Shown here: positions 10,369 through 18,422 of the stretch, one piece after another
Layout of the letters: every line of letters begins with the position of its first letter
Position numbering within the stretch: position 1 is the stretch's first letter
Origin: Candidatus Pacebacteria bacterium UBA6180
GTDB lineage: Bacteria > Patescibacteriota > Microgenomatia > UBA1400 > PJMF01
Assembly: GCA_002422165.1 (NCBI GenBank)
Contig: DITQ01000006.1
Span: forward strand, 25,384-89,383
DNA: 64,000 nucleotides
Direction of reading: 5' to 3'
The notes under the pieces: model-generated
What the model saw: the letters and a program-made list of their open reading frames with translations, nothing else
What the model was told of the DNA's origin: nothing
Databases searched by the model: none
Translations under genes and position numbers: made by a program

Positions 10369-11830
10369 CATCGTTGCTGAGGTCATGCCTTTTTCAAGTG
10401 TTGGGGGTATGGCCAGAGGAACAAAATATTTAGCAGACGAATTGGTTGGTTTGAAAAATGAAGTAACAATATTCACTCCACTTCATAAGGATTCTGTTGA
10501 TTACTGTTCTAGGAACAACCATCGGCTTACAACCATATTTTCAAGCAGCTTGCCAAATAACTTTCGCTCATTCCAGGAATATGGGGACAAGCATTTCTCC
10601 ATACTGAAAATTAACAAAAAAGATCTAATCAGCAATTTTACTTTTTTCGATTACCCAGAGTTTTTTCGCCAACGAGCTAACGTTTATAATTACCATGATG
10701 ACGGACTACGTTTCTGGACATTCTCGGTTGGTTGTCTTGAATGGTTACTGGCACAAAAAAAAAGCAAGCAGTGGTTACCTGAATTAATTCATTGTCATGA
10801 TTGGCACACTTGTTTTTTGATAGAACAAATTAAAAAAAATTCTCGATATAAAGAATTAGCAAACATTCCAGTTTTACTGACCATACACAACTTTCGTTAT
10901 CAGGATAGCTCTGGGACAGCATTTCTTCGCCAGCTAACACCATTAGATTTACCGCTTGAAAAACTAAACCGTGCGGAGATCGAAAAACAAAATGCGCTTA
11001 GCATTGGCATTAAATATGCGGATTGCATCAATACGGTAAGTAAAACACATGCTCTAGAAGTCCAAGAGCCAGAATTTGGTTACAATTTAGCAAAAGAACT
11101 TAAAAATAAAAATGTTGTTGGCATTTTAAATGGACTAAACTATGAAGATTTTGACCCTAAAAAAGATTCTAAAATCTTTTTTAACTATGATGAAAAAAAT
11201 CTAATTGAAGGAAAAAAGAAAAATAAGCATTATTTACAAAAGCTTTTTGGATTGCCACAAAAGGGAGCTATGCTTTTTTGTTTTGTGGGAAGAGTCTCTG
11301 CTCAAAAAGGCATTGACTCGCTAACTGCCAGCTTGAAAAGGCTACTAAATAAACACAGGAATGTTCAATTCATATCTCTAGGCATTGGTGATGATTACTT
11401 TTGCGAGATGCTTTGGAAATTAGAAAAAGCATATCCAAAACAAGTTAAGGTTTTACTAAAACACGACGTTGATCTGCCAAGACAAATTTTTGCTGGAAGC
11501 GATTTGTGTCTTATACCCAGCAACTGGGAGCCTGGAGGAATTGTTGCCGTTGAGTCACAGCGATATGGATGCATTCCCCTAGTAAGGCGTGTCGGTGGGC
11601 TCAAAGACATAGTCAGCCAGTTCAGTGATAGCAATAGTACTGGCAACGGATTTGTATATCAAAAACAAACCATATCATCGCTACAGAGCAAAATAAAGCA
11701 AGCAATCACAATGTTTAATTCATCACCAATAAAATGGCTCTCTATCACCAGCAATGCCTTTAATTATAAAAGAGAATGGAGTGAAGTTGCTCACGACTAC
11801 AACCAGCTTTTTTTAAAAATGACAAGATGA
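10352..11830 (+). CDS. glycogen/starch-synthase-like glycosyltransferase (GT5-like, GT-B)
   Basis: N-terminus MKILSIVAEVMPFSSVGGMARGTKYLADEL parallels the GlgA start (MKIL..SE..PF.KTGGLADV). C-terminal GGIVAVESQRYGCIPLVRRVGGLKDIV parallels GlgA G.TQ..ALRYGT.P.VR.TGGL.DTV. Confidence 0.65.
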   Translation: MMKILSIVAEVMPFSSVGGMARGTKYLADELVGLKNEVTIFTPLHKDSVDYCSRNNHRLTTIFSSSLPNNFRSFQEYGDKHFSILKINKKDLISNFTFFDYPEFFRQRANVYNYHDDGLRFWTFSVGCLEWLLAQKKSKQWLPELIHCHDWHTCFLIEQIKKNSRYKELANIPVLLTIHNFRYQDSSGTAFLRQLTPLDLPLEKLNRAEIEKQNALSIGIKYADCINTVSKTHALEVQEPEFGYNLAKELKNKNVVGILNGLNYEDFDPKKDSKIFFNYDEKNLIEGKKKNKHYLQKLFGLPQKGAMLFCFVGRVSAQKGIDSLTASLKRLLNKHRNVQFISLGIGDDYFCEMLWKLEKAYPKQVKVLLKHDVDLPRQIFAGSDLCLIPSNWEPGGIVAVESQRYGCIPLVRRVGGLKDIVSQFSDSNSTGNGFVYQKQTISSLQSKIKQAITMFNSSPIKWLSITSNAFNYKREWSEVAHDYNQLFLKMTR

Positions 11831-12774
11831 TGCAAGAAAAAAATAGCAAGCAAAAGAAATTACTTCCTTTTCTCAAAGATAAATCCACTATCGAGAGAGA
11901 GTTATTTAAAAACCGACTCAATGAAAAGAAATTATTATCTTCTATCGAAAGCGCCTTAAGCCAAAAAAAGGGATCGCCATTTGTCATTCCAAAGCGCGGT
12001 CAGCCAGTCATTGCCCTAATGTCTGGAGGCATCGATACAACTGTGGTGATTGGCATGCTGATTGAGTTTTTTGGCTTGAGAGTTTACCCATTAATCATAG
12101 ACAGACAGCTACCGCATTCAAGAAAAATAAAAGCTGTTTGCAAAGACTTGAGCGACTATTTCAAAAATAAATACCCGACACACTTTCACCAACCTTTTAC
12201 CATTTCTCAAAAAATGCCTCACCAAAAATTTTCTTTACTTTATAGATTTGAAAATACTATTCTTTTTGACCAACAACGCGAAGGAATACCCCTACAACCA
12301 GCACTATATGCTTACCTCGCAGTTCAGTATGGCAAATACCTGCGTGCCACTCAAAATGTATATCCCCAGACTATTTTTGGAGGCTGGTTGCCAGAAAACT
12401 CAGAGTGGTATCGATATGAATCACTTTCCTCGCTTCGGTCTACGATGTTGCAAATAGCCACCATGGAACATGACTTTTCATGGCAATTCACCTCACTAGC
12501 AATTGAAAAAGAGCTGGGTTTATATTTATCAAAAGCACAGCTTGTTGCCATCGGGCATACACTTGGGATCCCACTAGAAAAAACGTGGACCTGCTACAAG
12601 GGAAAGCGTCACCAGTGCGGAACCTGTCCTCCATGCTGGACGCGGCAGCAAGCCTTCAAATTAGCGGGAGTAGTTGATGAGACAATTTATAAAGAAGGCT
12701 TTAATTTGAAAAATAAATTTAATGATGGCAGAGAATTTTTAAGAGATGTCAAAAGAAATTTCATTAAAAAATAA
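11827..12774 (+). CDS. QueC/ExsB-like PP-loop ATP pyrophosphatase with C-terminal Cys cluster
   Basis: PP-loop VIALMSGGIDTTVVIGML (SGGxDS/T) and C-terminal CYKGKRHQCGTCPPCWTRQQAF, a Zn-ribbon-like CxxC...CxxC as in QueC. Confidence 0.55.
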   Translation: MMQEKNSKQKKLLPFLKDKSTIERELFKNRLNEKKLLSSIESALSQKKGSPFVIPKRGQPVIALMSGGIDTTVVIGMLIEFFGLRVYPLIIDRQLPHSRKIKAVCKDLSDYFKNKYPTHFHQPFTISQKMPHQKFSLLYRFENTILFDQQREGIPLQPALYAYLAVQYGKYLRATQNVYPQTIFGGWLPENSEWYRYESLSSLRSTMLQIATMEHDFSWQFTSLAIEKELGLYLSKAQLVAIGHTLGIPLEKTWTCYKGKRHQCGTCPPCWTRQQAFKLAGVVDETIYKEGFNLKNKFNDGREFLRDVKRNFIKK

Positions 12775-13606
12775 AGCCGTTAAGTTTTATGACAATATTA
12801 AACTTAATTTAGGCATTAAGAAGTTTTTTAAGTACATTGCAAAATTGTTACTCAAAATACACTATTTTTTACTCGCACTATTGTATTATTACCCAAAATA
12901 TAAGGTTGAAAATTATGTTGGTAGAAAAATATCTCCTAAACTTAAAGTTCTAGAAGGACCCTTTAAGAAGTTGGCTTATCCATATTTTCCACTACCAGAG
13001 CAGCACTTTTCCACTATTTTACCTAAAATTAGTGGCGCATACGAAAAAGAGCTTTTTCCAGTCATCAAACAAATAAATAAACAAAAATATAGTGTTTTTA
13101 TAAATATTGGTTCTGATGAGGGCTATTATGCAGTCGGACTTGGCAAGCTAAATCCACAGGCAAAAGTCTACGCTATTGATATAAATAAAAAAGCTCTTTC
13201 TTTTTCAGTAGAGATGGCAAAAAATAATGATGTTAAAAATTACTTTAGCGTCGAATCTTCATCTCCATTTGCCATAGACAGGCTAATTGAAAATAAAACA
13301 TGCATCATTTGTGATTGCGAAGGATATGAAAAAACACTCCTAAACCCCAAAAAAATAGGTGGCCTAATCAATTCAGACATATTGGTGGAAGTTCATGGCA
13401 AAGCTATTGGCGATATACTACAAAAAAGATTTAGCCCAACGCATAATATCAAAAAAATTACACAAACCAACAAAATGATTGCCAAAGTCCCAATAAAATT
13501 TCTGTTTTTAAATTATTTTCACACCATAGATGAGATGAGATCTGAAGAATGCTTCTGGTTTTTTTTGAAAAGCCACTCCCACAACCCTAAAGGATCGGGT
13601 GCTTGA
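12746..13606 (+). CDS. FkbM-family methyltransferase-like protein
   Basis: SVFINIGSDEGYYAVGLG (compare DIGANIGYYS) and ICDCEGYEKTLL (compare IKIDVEGAEYEVL) match the FkbM family. Confidence 0.45.
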   Translation: MSKEISLKNKAVKFYDNIKLNLGIKKFFKYIAKLLLKIHYFLLALLYYYPKYKVENYVGRKISPKLKVLEGPFKKLAYPYFPLPEQHFSTILPKISGAYEKELFPVIKQINKQKYSVFINIGSDEGYYAVGLGKLNPQAKVYAIDINKKALSFSVEMAKNNDVKNYFSVESSSPFAIDRLIENKTCIICDCEGYEKTLLNPKKIGGLINSDILVEVHGKAIGDILQKRFSPTHNIKKITQTNKMIAKVPIKFLFLNYFHTIDEMRSEECFWFFLKSHSHNPKGSGA

Positions 13607-13613
13607 GATTAGG

Positions 13614-14342
13614 TTAAGTATTATTGCTACTTAAATTTTCTAGCTCAATTAGCTTGTTGCAATTCTTTTTGAGAAAATCTCTCCACTGACTCACCATTAA
13701 TACAGTCGTTTCATTCTCAATCATGTCTTGAATGGTTTTTTCAGATTTTTTCCTAAATTTTTCATCTCCCATGTTCATTACTTCATCTAATAACAAAATA
13801 TCTGGCTCAGCATGAACAGCCACACTAAAACCTAATCTTAACTTCATTCCACTAGAGTATGTATACAATGGCGCAGTAATAAAATCGCCAATACCAGCAA
13901 AATCTACAATTTGAGCAAATTTGGCCTTTGTCTCCTCTCTAGACATGCCAATCACCAAGCCATTGAGAAAAATATTTTCCTGACCGGTCAAGTCTGGATG
14001 GAAACCAGCCTCAAGATCTATTAGAGAAATAATCCTGCCCTTTGTCTTGACTTTACCAGTGGTCGGTGCACTAATGCCGGCAATGATTTTGAGCAAAGTG
14101 GTCTTACCAGCACCATTTGGTCCATGAAAACCCACCTTTTCACCTTTTCGAATCTGTAAATTGACGTCTTGCAGTGCCCAGTATTCCTCCCTCGGCTGAA
14201 AACGCAAGACACGACCAACGTCCTCTGCCAAAGTCGGCTTCTCATGGTGGACGATGTACTTTTTGCCCACACCCTTGAGGTTGATTACCACCTCACCAAG
14301 GTTTTTACTTTTGCGTATAATTTCTTCTTTTAAAGTTGTCAT
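13614..14342 (-). CDS. ABC transporter ATP-binding protein, polysaccharide/teichoic-acid export type (Wzt/TagH-like)
   Basis: Walker A GFHGPNGAGKTTLLKII, ABC signature YSSGMKLRLGF, Walker B ILLLDEV. 242 aa with no C-terminal carbohydrate-binding extension. Confidence 0.85.
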   Translation of the reverse strand: MTTLKEEIIRKSKNLGEVVINLKGVGKKYIVHHEKPTLAEDVGRVLRFQPREEYWALQDVNLQIRKGEKVGFHGPNGAGKTTLLKIIAGISAPTTGKVKTKGRIISLIDLEAGFHPDLTGQENIFLNGLVIGMSREETKAKFAQIVDFAGIGDFITAPLYTYSSGMKLRLGFSVAVHAEPDILLLDEVMNMGDEKFRKKSEKTIQDMIENETTVLMVSQWRDFLKKNCNKLIELENLSSNNT

Positions 14343-14380
14343 TTTTTATAATTTACCTTTTTATTTAACCCTGATGAAAA

Positions 14381-14536
14381 ACATTACAATTAATGTTCTG
14401 ACCATTGGAGGTGCTGGGCAAAGAACTAGAAAAATAAATAAAGCAAATCGACAGCACCTCCATTGAGAGAAACAAAGATTGCCTCATTAATAAGCATTTG
14501 TTTTTAGTTGAACGTGTCAGAACACTAATTGTAATG
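14381..14536. repeat. nested inverted-repeat element (about 156 bp) in the wzm-wzt intergenic spacer; MITE-like or structured RNA
   Basis: Outer 22-bp arms acattacaattaatgttctgac (14381-14402) and gtcagaacactaattgtaatgt (14515-14536) with 1 mismatch. Inner perfect 11-bp arms tggaggtgctg (14406-14416) and cagcacctcca (14452-14462). Confidence 0.5.
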
Positions 14537-14540
14537 TTTC

Positions 14541-15383
14541 TCATAACCAATCATCAAAATTTTTACTTTCCCTTCCAAAAACCCACCAACCCAGATAAAA
14601 CAGATAAAAGATCACTAGTAAGCCGACCCAACTAAATTCAAGCAAAGTAATCGGCAGTCCCATCAGCGCATAATGAAACAACTCAACAATAAAAGTCATC
14701 GGATTGAGATAAAAAACTGGCCAAAGCAAATCAGGCAAGAGATTGAGTGCATAAATCACTGGTGTGGCATAAAACCACAGCATCACTGCTAACTGCACTA
14801 TAAAGTTAACATCTCTAAAACGAACGTTGAGTGAAGAAGTGAAAAGTGATAGGCCAACTGTAAAAATCAAAAGAAGTAAAATCGCCGGCAAAAGCCACAA
14901 CATCCTTCCCAAATAGCTAAAAAGCGCCAGCATTCCGTACCCTTCCACGAATAGCTTGTCCGCCACCAGCGCCCCCACTAACAAAACCAAAGCGATTAAA
15001 AAATGAAATAAATTAGACAAAATAATCGACAAAACAATTGCCTCACGAGGAAATTTGGCTTTTTTAACCAAGTTGCGCTCATAAAAAAAGGCTGGTGTGC
15101 ATTTGGTCAAACTTTGGGCAAAAAAATTCCAGGGTAGAAGCCCTGCGAACAAAAATAGAAAATAATTATCTACTCGCACCGGCACAAAAAACTGAAAAAC
15201 AAAACCCATCACCATCATCTGTAATAAAGGGTTGATGACAATCCACAAAAACCCCAAGGTCGCATGTTTATACCGCGCCTTAATCTCCTTCTTCGTCATC
15301 ACCAGCAAAAAATCTAGCCAATGACTCTGCTTCTTAGTCAAGTGTAAAAGATTCTTCATCAGGTCACCAACATACCACACCAA
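14541..15383 (-). CDS. ABC-2 type transporter permease (Wzm/TagG-like)
   Basis: 280-aa polytopic membrane protein with about 6 hydrophobic helices, immediately upstream on the same strand of the Wzt-like ATPase. Confidence 0.7.
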   Translation of the reverse strand: MVWYVGDLMKNLLHLTKKQSHWLDFLLVMTKKEIKARYKHATLGFLWIVINPLLQMMVMGFVFQFFVPVRVDNYFLFLFAGLLPWNFFAQSLTKCTPAFFYERNLVKKAKFPREAIVLSIILSNLFHFLIALVLLVGALVADKLFVEGYGMLALFSYLGRMLWLLPAILLLLIFTVGLSLFTSSLNVRFRDVNFIVQLAVMLWFYATPVIYALNLLPDLLWPVFYLNPMTFIVELFHYALMGLPITLLEFSWVGLLVIFYLFYLGWWVFGRESKNFDDWL

Positions 15384-15451
15384 TTACCTATTGCAAAGAC
15401 ATGCAGAATTAAGTTATTCTTAAAAAGCGCGTTAATTATTGTATACGTCCA

Positions 15452-16837
15452 ATGACAAGCCCTCGAGATTTTTTACCATCTAAATATAAAAGTCAAATGG
15501 GCGACTTGCCAAAATCTGGCAAGCCTCCTGTAGACCCAAATGGATCCACTTCTCCCACTCTTGATGCTTCGGCTACTCTTGACGCTTCCACATCCCTTTC
15601 CCCAGACACAACCTCTGTTAAAGAACCAGAAAACTCGCCTTGGGCTGATTTGACAAAGGTTGACAGCTCACCTAGCTATCCAAGCCTAACCAATCCAGAC
15701 TTAAAATCAAATTCGGTTGATGAAGTCAAACCAAACGCTACGGCTGAAACAATGGCAAAGGATGAAACAAGCAACGACCAACCAAAAAATAAACCGCGCT
15801 TGAACAATCTGGCTGGAGTTTTGATCATTTTCTTTTTGGCTACTGGTTTAGTTGCCAGCTATTTCTTAATGCAAGAAAGTCAAGACACGAGACAGCAAGC
15901 AAGCTCAGGAGTTGGAGCGAGCTGTTATGTTGGCTCACAACCTAGTCCCCCATTCGATAAAAAGAGCTGTAACTGTAATGGCACCAATGTCTGGTTTGAT
16001 AACACAGGCTACTGTGGAGATAAAGCAGCATCTGGAGAAACCACAAGCACTCCAGGAACCGCCCATGATGCCACCTATGGACTTTGTGCTGTTTATTACA
16101 AGTATGGTTGCACCAACACCGGATCGCCCAACGATCCTCCTGGCAGCACTAATTACGCTGGTTGCTGGACTTGTACTAGCTCTGGCTGCTCTATAAAATC
16201 TGGCCCAGGTTACGAGCATTGCGCCGCTAACTGTCAAGTTTGGAAATGGAAGTGCGATCGCATCGATAATCTTTCCGGAGGTTGTCAGGATGGAACTCCC
16301 AGCGTTAGCTCTTCCCAATCCTTTAGTGCAAATTGTGGTGCTGAACAAATAGATGTGACTTGCGGTGGACAATCAAGAGATTTTCGAAGCAGGATCAATG
16401 ATCAGCCCTGCACCACTACCACCACGCCTCCTCCAACTACCACCACGCCTCCTCCAACTACCACCACGCCTCCTCCAACTGTTACACCAACTCCAACTCC
16501 CACTCCTACGCCTCCGCCTGTTTTGGTTTGTGCTGACATCGAGATGCTTGATGCAACTGGCAACACCATGACTGAAGATGATGACAAAGACTTAAGAGAT
16601 GGAGATCAGGTTCGCTTCCGAGCCAACCACTCAGGAAGTGCCACTGGCAAGATTACTTATGAATTTAGAATCTTAGCGCCAAATACTTCTACTTGGACAA
16701 ATCTGACCAATGCTGATGCTAGTGTATCTGCGCCAAATGTATCTGCCATATATACCATCGTAAGCTCTGGAGAGCATGTCGCTCAAGCCAGGGTTTGTCT
16801 AGACGGTCAATGTCAATCCTGGGAAACAATTAACTAA
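15452..16837 (+). CDS. Cys-rich surface protein: N-terminal membrane anchor and (TTTTPPP)3 plus (TP)n linker
   Basis: S/T/D-rich N-terminal region, helix LAGVLIIFFLATGLVASYFLM, a Cys-rich module, TTTTPPPTTTTPPPTTTTPPPTVTPTPTPTPTPPP, then another Cys-containing domain. Confidence 0.5.
   Translation: MTSPRDFLPSKYKSQMGDLPKSGKPPVDPNGSTSPTLDASATLDASTSLSPDTTSVKEPENSPWADLTKVDSSPSYPSLTNPDLKSNSVDEVKPNATAETMAKDETSNDQPKNKPRLNNLAGVLIIFFLATGLVASYFLMQESQDTRQQASSGVGASCYVGSQPSPPFDKKSCNCNGTNVWFDNTGYCGDKAASGETTSTPGTAHDATYGLCAVYYKYGCTNTGSPNDPPGSTNYAGCWTCTSSGCSIKSGPGYEHCAANCQVWKWKCDRIDNLSGGCQDGTPSVSSSQSFSANCGAEQIDVTCGGQSRDFRSRINDQPCTTTTTPPPTTTTPPPTTTTPPPTVTPTPTPTPTPPPVLVCADIEMLDATGNTMTEDDDKDLRDGDQVRFRANHSGSATGKITYEFRILAPNTSTWTNLTNADASVSAPNVSAIYTIVSSGEHVAQARVCLDGQCQSWETIN
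16405..16467. repeat. perfect 21-bp tandem repeat x3 (actaccaccacgcctcctcca) encoding TTTTPPP
   Basis: Three identical consecutive 21-bp units inside the CDS 15452..16837, followed by a degenerate (acn ccn) TP stretch. Confidence 0.8.
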
Positions 16838-16839
16838 TC

Positions 16840-17841
16840 ATGCTAACTAACCAAGAACCTAAACCAACCAGTTACCTCAAAGCCAGTCAAGGCGATGAGG
16901 TTAAGGTGACCAAGAAGCAAAACTTCAAGGCTGTGGCCATGCTGCTTGGATTCCTAGTCTTCATCATTGGAGCAATTGGCGTCTTCATGATCAGCCAGAA
17001 TCAAGACACTACTCCTGTAGCCCCAACTGCGCCTCAATCACAACCAGCAGCCTTTATCGAGAAAGCTCAAACCTGTACTTTAGTCTTTGACGTCACCGAG
17101 CCAGACAAACTTGCCTGTGGCGAAGTTGGCTGTGAAAGCGACAGTGACTGTGGCGACGAGCTAATTTGCACCACCGCCGATGATGACAAGAAATACTGCT
17201 CCAAAACTGACCACCGAATAGTTGACAGTTGCAAAAAAGATCCTAATGCAGTGAACTGCTGCAGCATCCCTGTAGAAGAACCTCTCGTCTGTGGCGAAGT
17301 TGGCTGTGTTTCCACCGACGATTGTAGTGAAGGATTAGTTTGTATTACCGCCGATGACGACAAGAAATACTGCGCTGATCAAAGATATTTGAGCGCTTGT
17401 ATTGCTGAACCCAATGAGGACAGTTGTTGTAGTGCTCCTCCCACCACTATTACTCCAACTGACGAACCTACAGTAACTCCAACTGATGAGCCCACGGTCA
17501 CTCCAACTGGTACGGTAACTGTTACTAAAACTGTTACTCCTACCACAACTGTGACTAACACTGTAACTCCAAGTGTCACCACTGTTATCACCACCGTTGG
17601 TTGTAACGATGTCTGTCAGGCCAATGCTGACTGCGCCAACATCAGTCACATTTGTTATCAGGGTCAGTGTCGTCTTGACGTCAATCCCACCGATGCTCAA
17701 TGCAGACTGCCAAGCGGTGAGACAACCATTGTTCGTCCAGTCCATGTGCCTACTCAAAGTGGCCCAGCAGACTGGCTCAACTACCTCAAAGCTGGACTAG
17801 GTGTCCTAGGCATTGGCGCCCTACTCCTCCTGCTTTTGTAA
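16840..17841 (+). CDS. paralogous Cys-rich surface protein: N-terminal anchor, two ~35-aa Cys-rich repeats, T/P linker, C-terminal hydrophobic tail
   Basis: Helix AVAMLLGFLVFIIGAIGVFMI. Repeats LACGEVGCESDSDCGDELICTTADDDKKYCS and LVCGEVGCVSTDDCSEGLVCITADDDKKYCA (nt 17112-17198 and 17289-17373). PTDEPTVTPTDEPTVTPTGTVTVT linker. Ends GLGVLGIGALLLLLL. Confidence 0.5.
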   Translation: MLTNQEPKPTSYLKASQGDEVKVTKKQNFKAVAMLLGFLVFIIGAIGVFMISQNQDTTPVAPTAPQSQPAAFIEKAQTCTLVFDVTEPDKLACGEVGCESDSDCGDELICTTADDDKKYCSKTDHRIVDSCKKDPNAVNCCSIPVEEPLVCGEVGCVSTDDCSEGLVCITADDDKKYCADQRYLSACIAEPNEDSCCSAPPTTITPTDEPTVTPTDEPTVTPTGTVTVTKTVTPTTTVTNTVTPSVTTVITTVGCNDVCQANADCANISHICYQGQCRLDVNPTDAQCRLPSGETTIVRPVHVPTQSGPADWLNYLKAGLGVLGIGALLLLLL

Positions 17842-17889
17842 AGAATTTCAGAGAAAAGTCTGCTAAAATTGCGACGGCAAGATGAAAAC

Positions 17890-17963
17890 GCGTGTGTAGC
17901 TCAATTGGTTAGAGCTCCAAGCTTATACCTTGGCGGTTCTAGGTTCGAGTCCTAGCACACGCA
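17890..17963 (+). tRNA. tRNA, anticodon UAU (tRNA-Ile reading AUA) by manual folding
   Basis: 7-bp acceptor stem gcgtgtg/cacacgc, D-arm tagctcaattggttagagc, anticodon stem ccaag/cttgg with loop cttatac (U33, anticodon tat at 17924-17926, A37), T-arm ctagg-ttcgagt-cctag, discriminator A. No encoded CCA. Confidence 0.7.
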
Positions 17964-18007
17964 CGTGGCTAGTCCCCGGAGAGGACAGGTGCTAAAATAA
18001 TAAAGTT

Positions 18008-18406
18008 ATGCTTGTTCGTCTCCTCAAAATTATTGCCATTCTCATCCTGCTTTTTTTCTCTTATCAATTTGCTCGTGCACAGGGTGTTCTTAAAGGGGTC
18101 TGGTTTGAGCAGATAGATGGACAAATCGAAGAATTCAGACACAAAATTACCGGACAAGAATCCTCAAGTATAGACAGAGATCTCGAAAAATTAGGCGAAG
18201 ACGGTCTCAGGCAAGTCAATGTCTTGGCTGACAAGGCCAAAGAGGCCGGCAGTGTCGCCCAAGAATTCGTCCAGGAAGTGGTCAAAATCGACGAAAACAA
18301 GGATCAAAACCTCTCTGAAAAAGCCTTTGAGTATGGCCGCTACATCTACTGCCAGGAAGTGGTTAAACAATACGAAACTTCTTCGAAGGAAAGTGGCACT
18401 TTCTAG
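18008..18406 (+). CDS. small secreted hypothetical protein
   Basis: Signal-peptide-like start MLVRLLKIIAILILLFFSYQFARAQG, then a charged 100-aa region. Confidence 0.35.
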   Translation: MLVRLLKIIAILILLFFSYQFARAQGVLKGVWFEQIDGQIEEFRHKITGQESSSIDRDLEKLGEDGLRQVNVLADKAKEAGSVAQEFVQEVVKIDENKDQNLSEKAFEYGRYIYCQEVVKQYETSSKESGTF

Positions 18407-18422
18407 TTGTCGATTAACTCCC

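Noticed and set aside
14254-14550. Short ORFs (70 aa +, 61 aa -) in the wzm-wzt spacer
   Set aside because: They span the nested inverted repeats, lack an RBS and lack a plausible protein sequence. The region is better explained as a structured non-coding or MITE-like element.
16405-16500. Possible CRISPR-like or other non-coding repeat array
   Set aside because: The 21-bp units are contiguous with no spacers and are in-frame coding repeats (TTTTPPP). No CRISPR array, cas genes or spacer-repeat periodicity occurs anywhere in the window.
16402-16587. Minus-strand ORF encoding GVGVGV.../VVVVGGG low-complexity peptide, and other ORFs antisense to the Thr/Pro repeat region (15912..16196, 15935..16372, 16365..16571, 17067..17757 set)
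   Set aside because: They are reading-frame echoes of the (ACN CCN) coding repeats on the plus strand. They have no independent start context and are fully embedded in the well-supported surface-protein CDSs.
17700-17841. LPXTG-type sortase sorting signal at the C-terminus of the second Cys-rich protein (LPSGET...hydrophobic tail)
   Set aside because: The spacing is wrong: about 25 residues lie between LPSGE and the hydrophobic segment. There is no positively charged tail and no sortase gene in the window. It is treated as a simple C-terminal membrane anchor.
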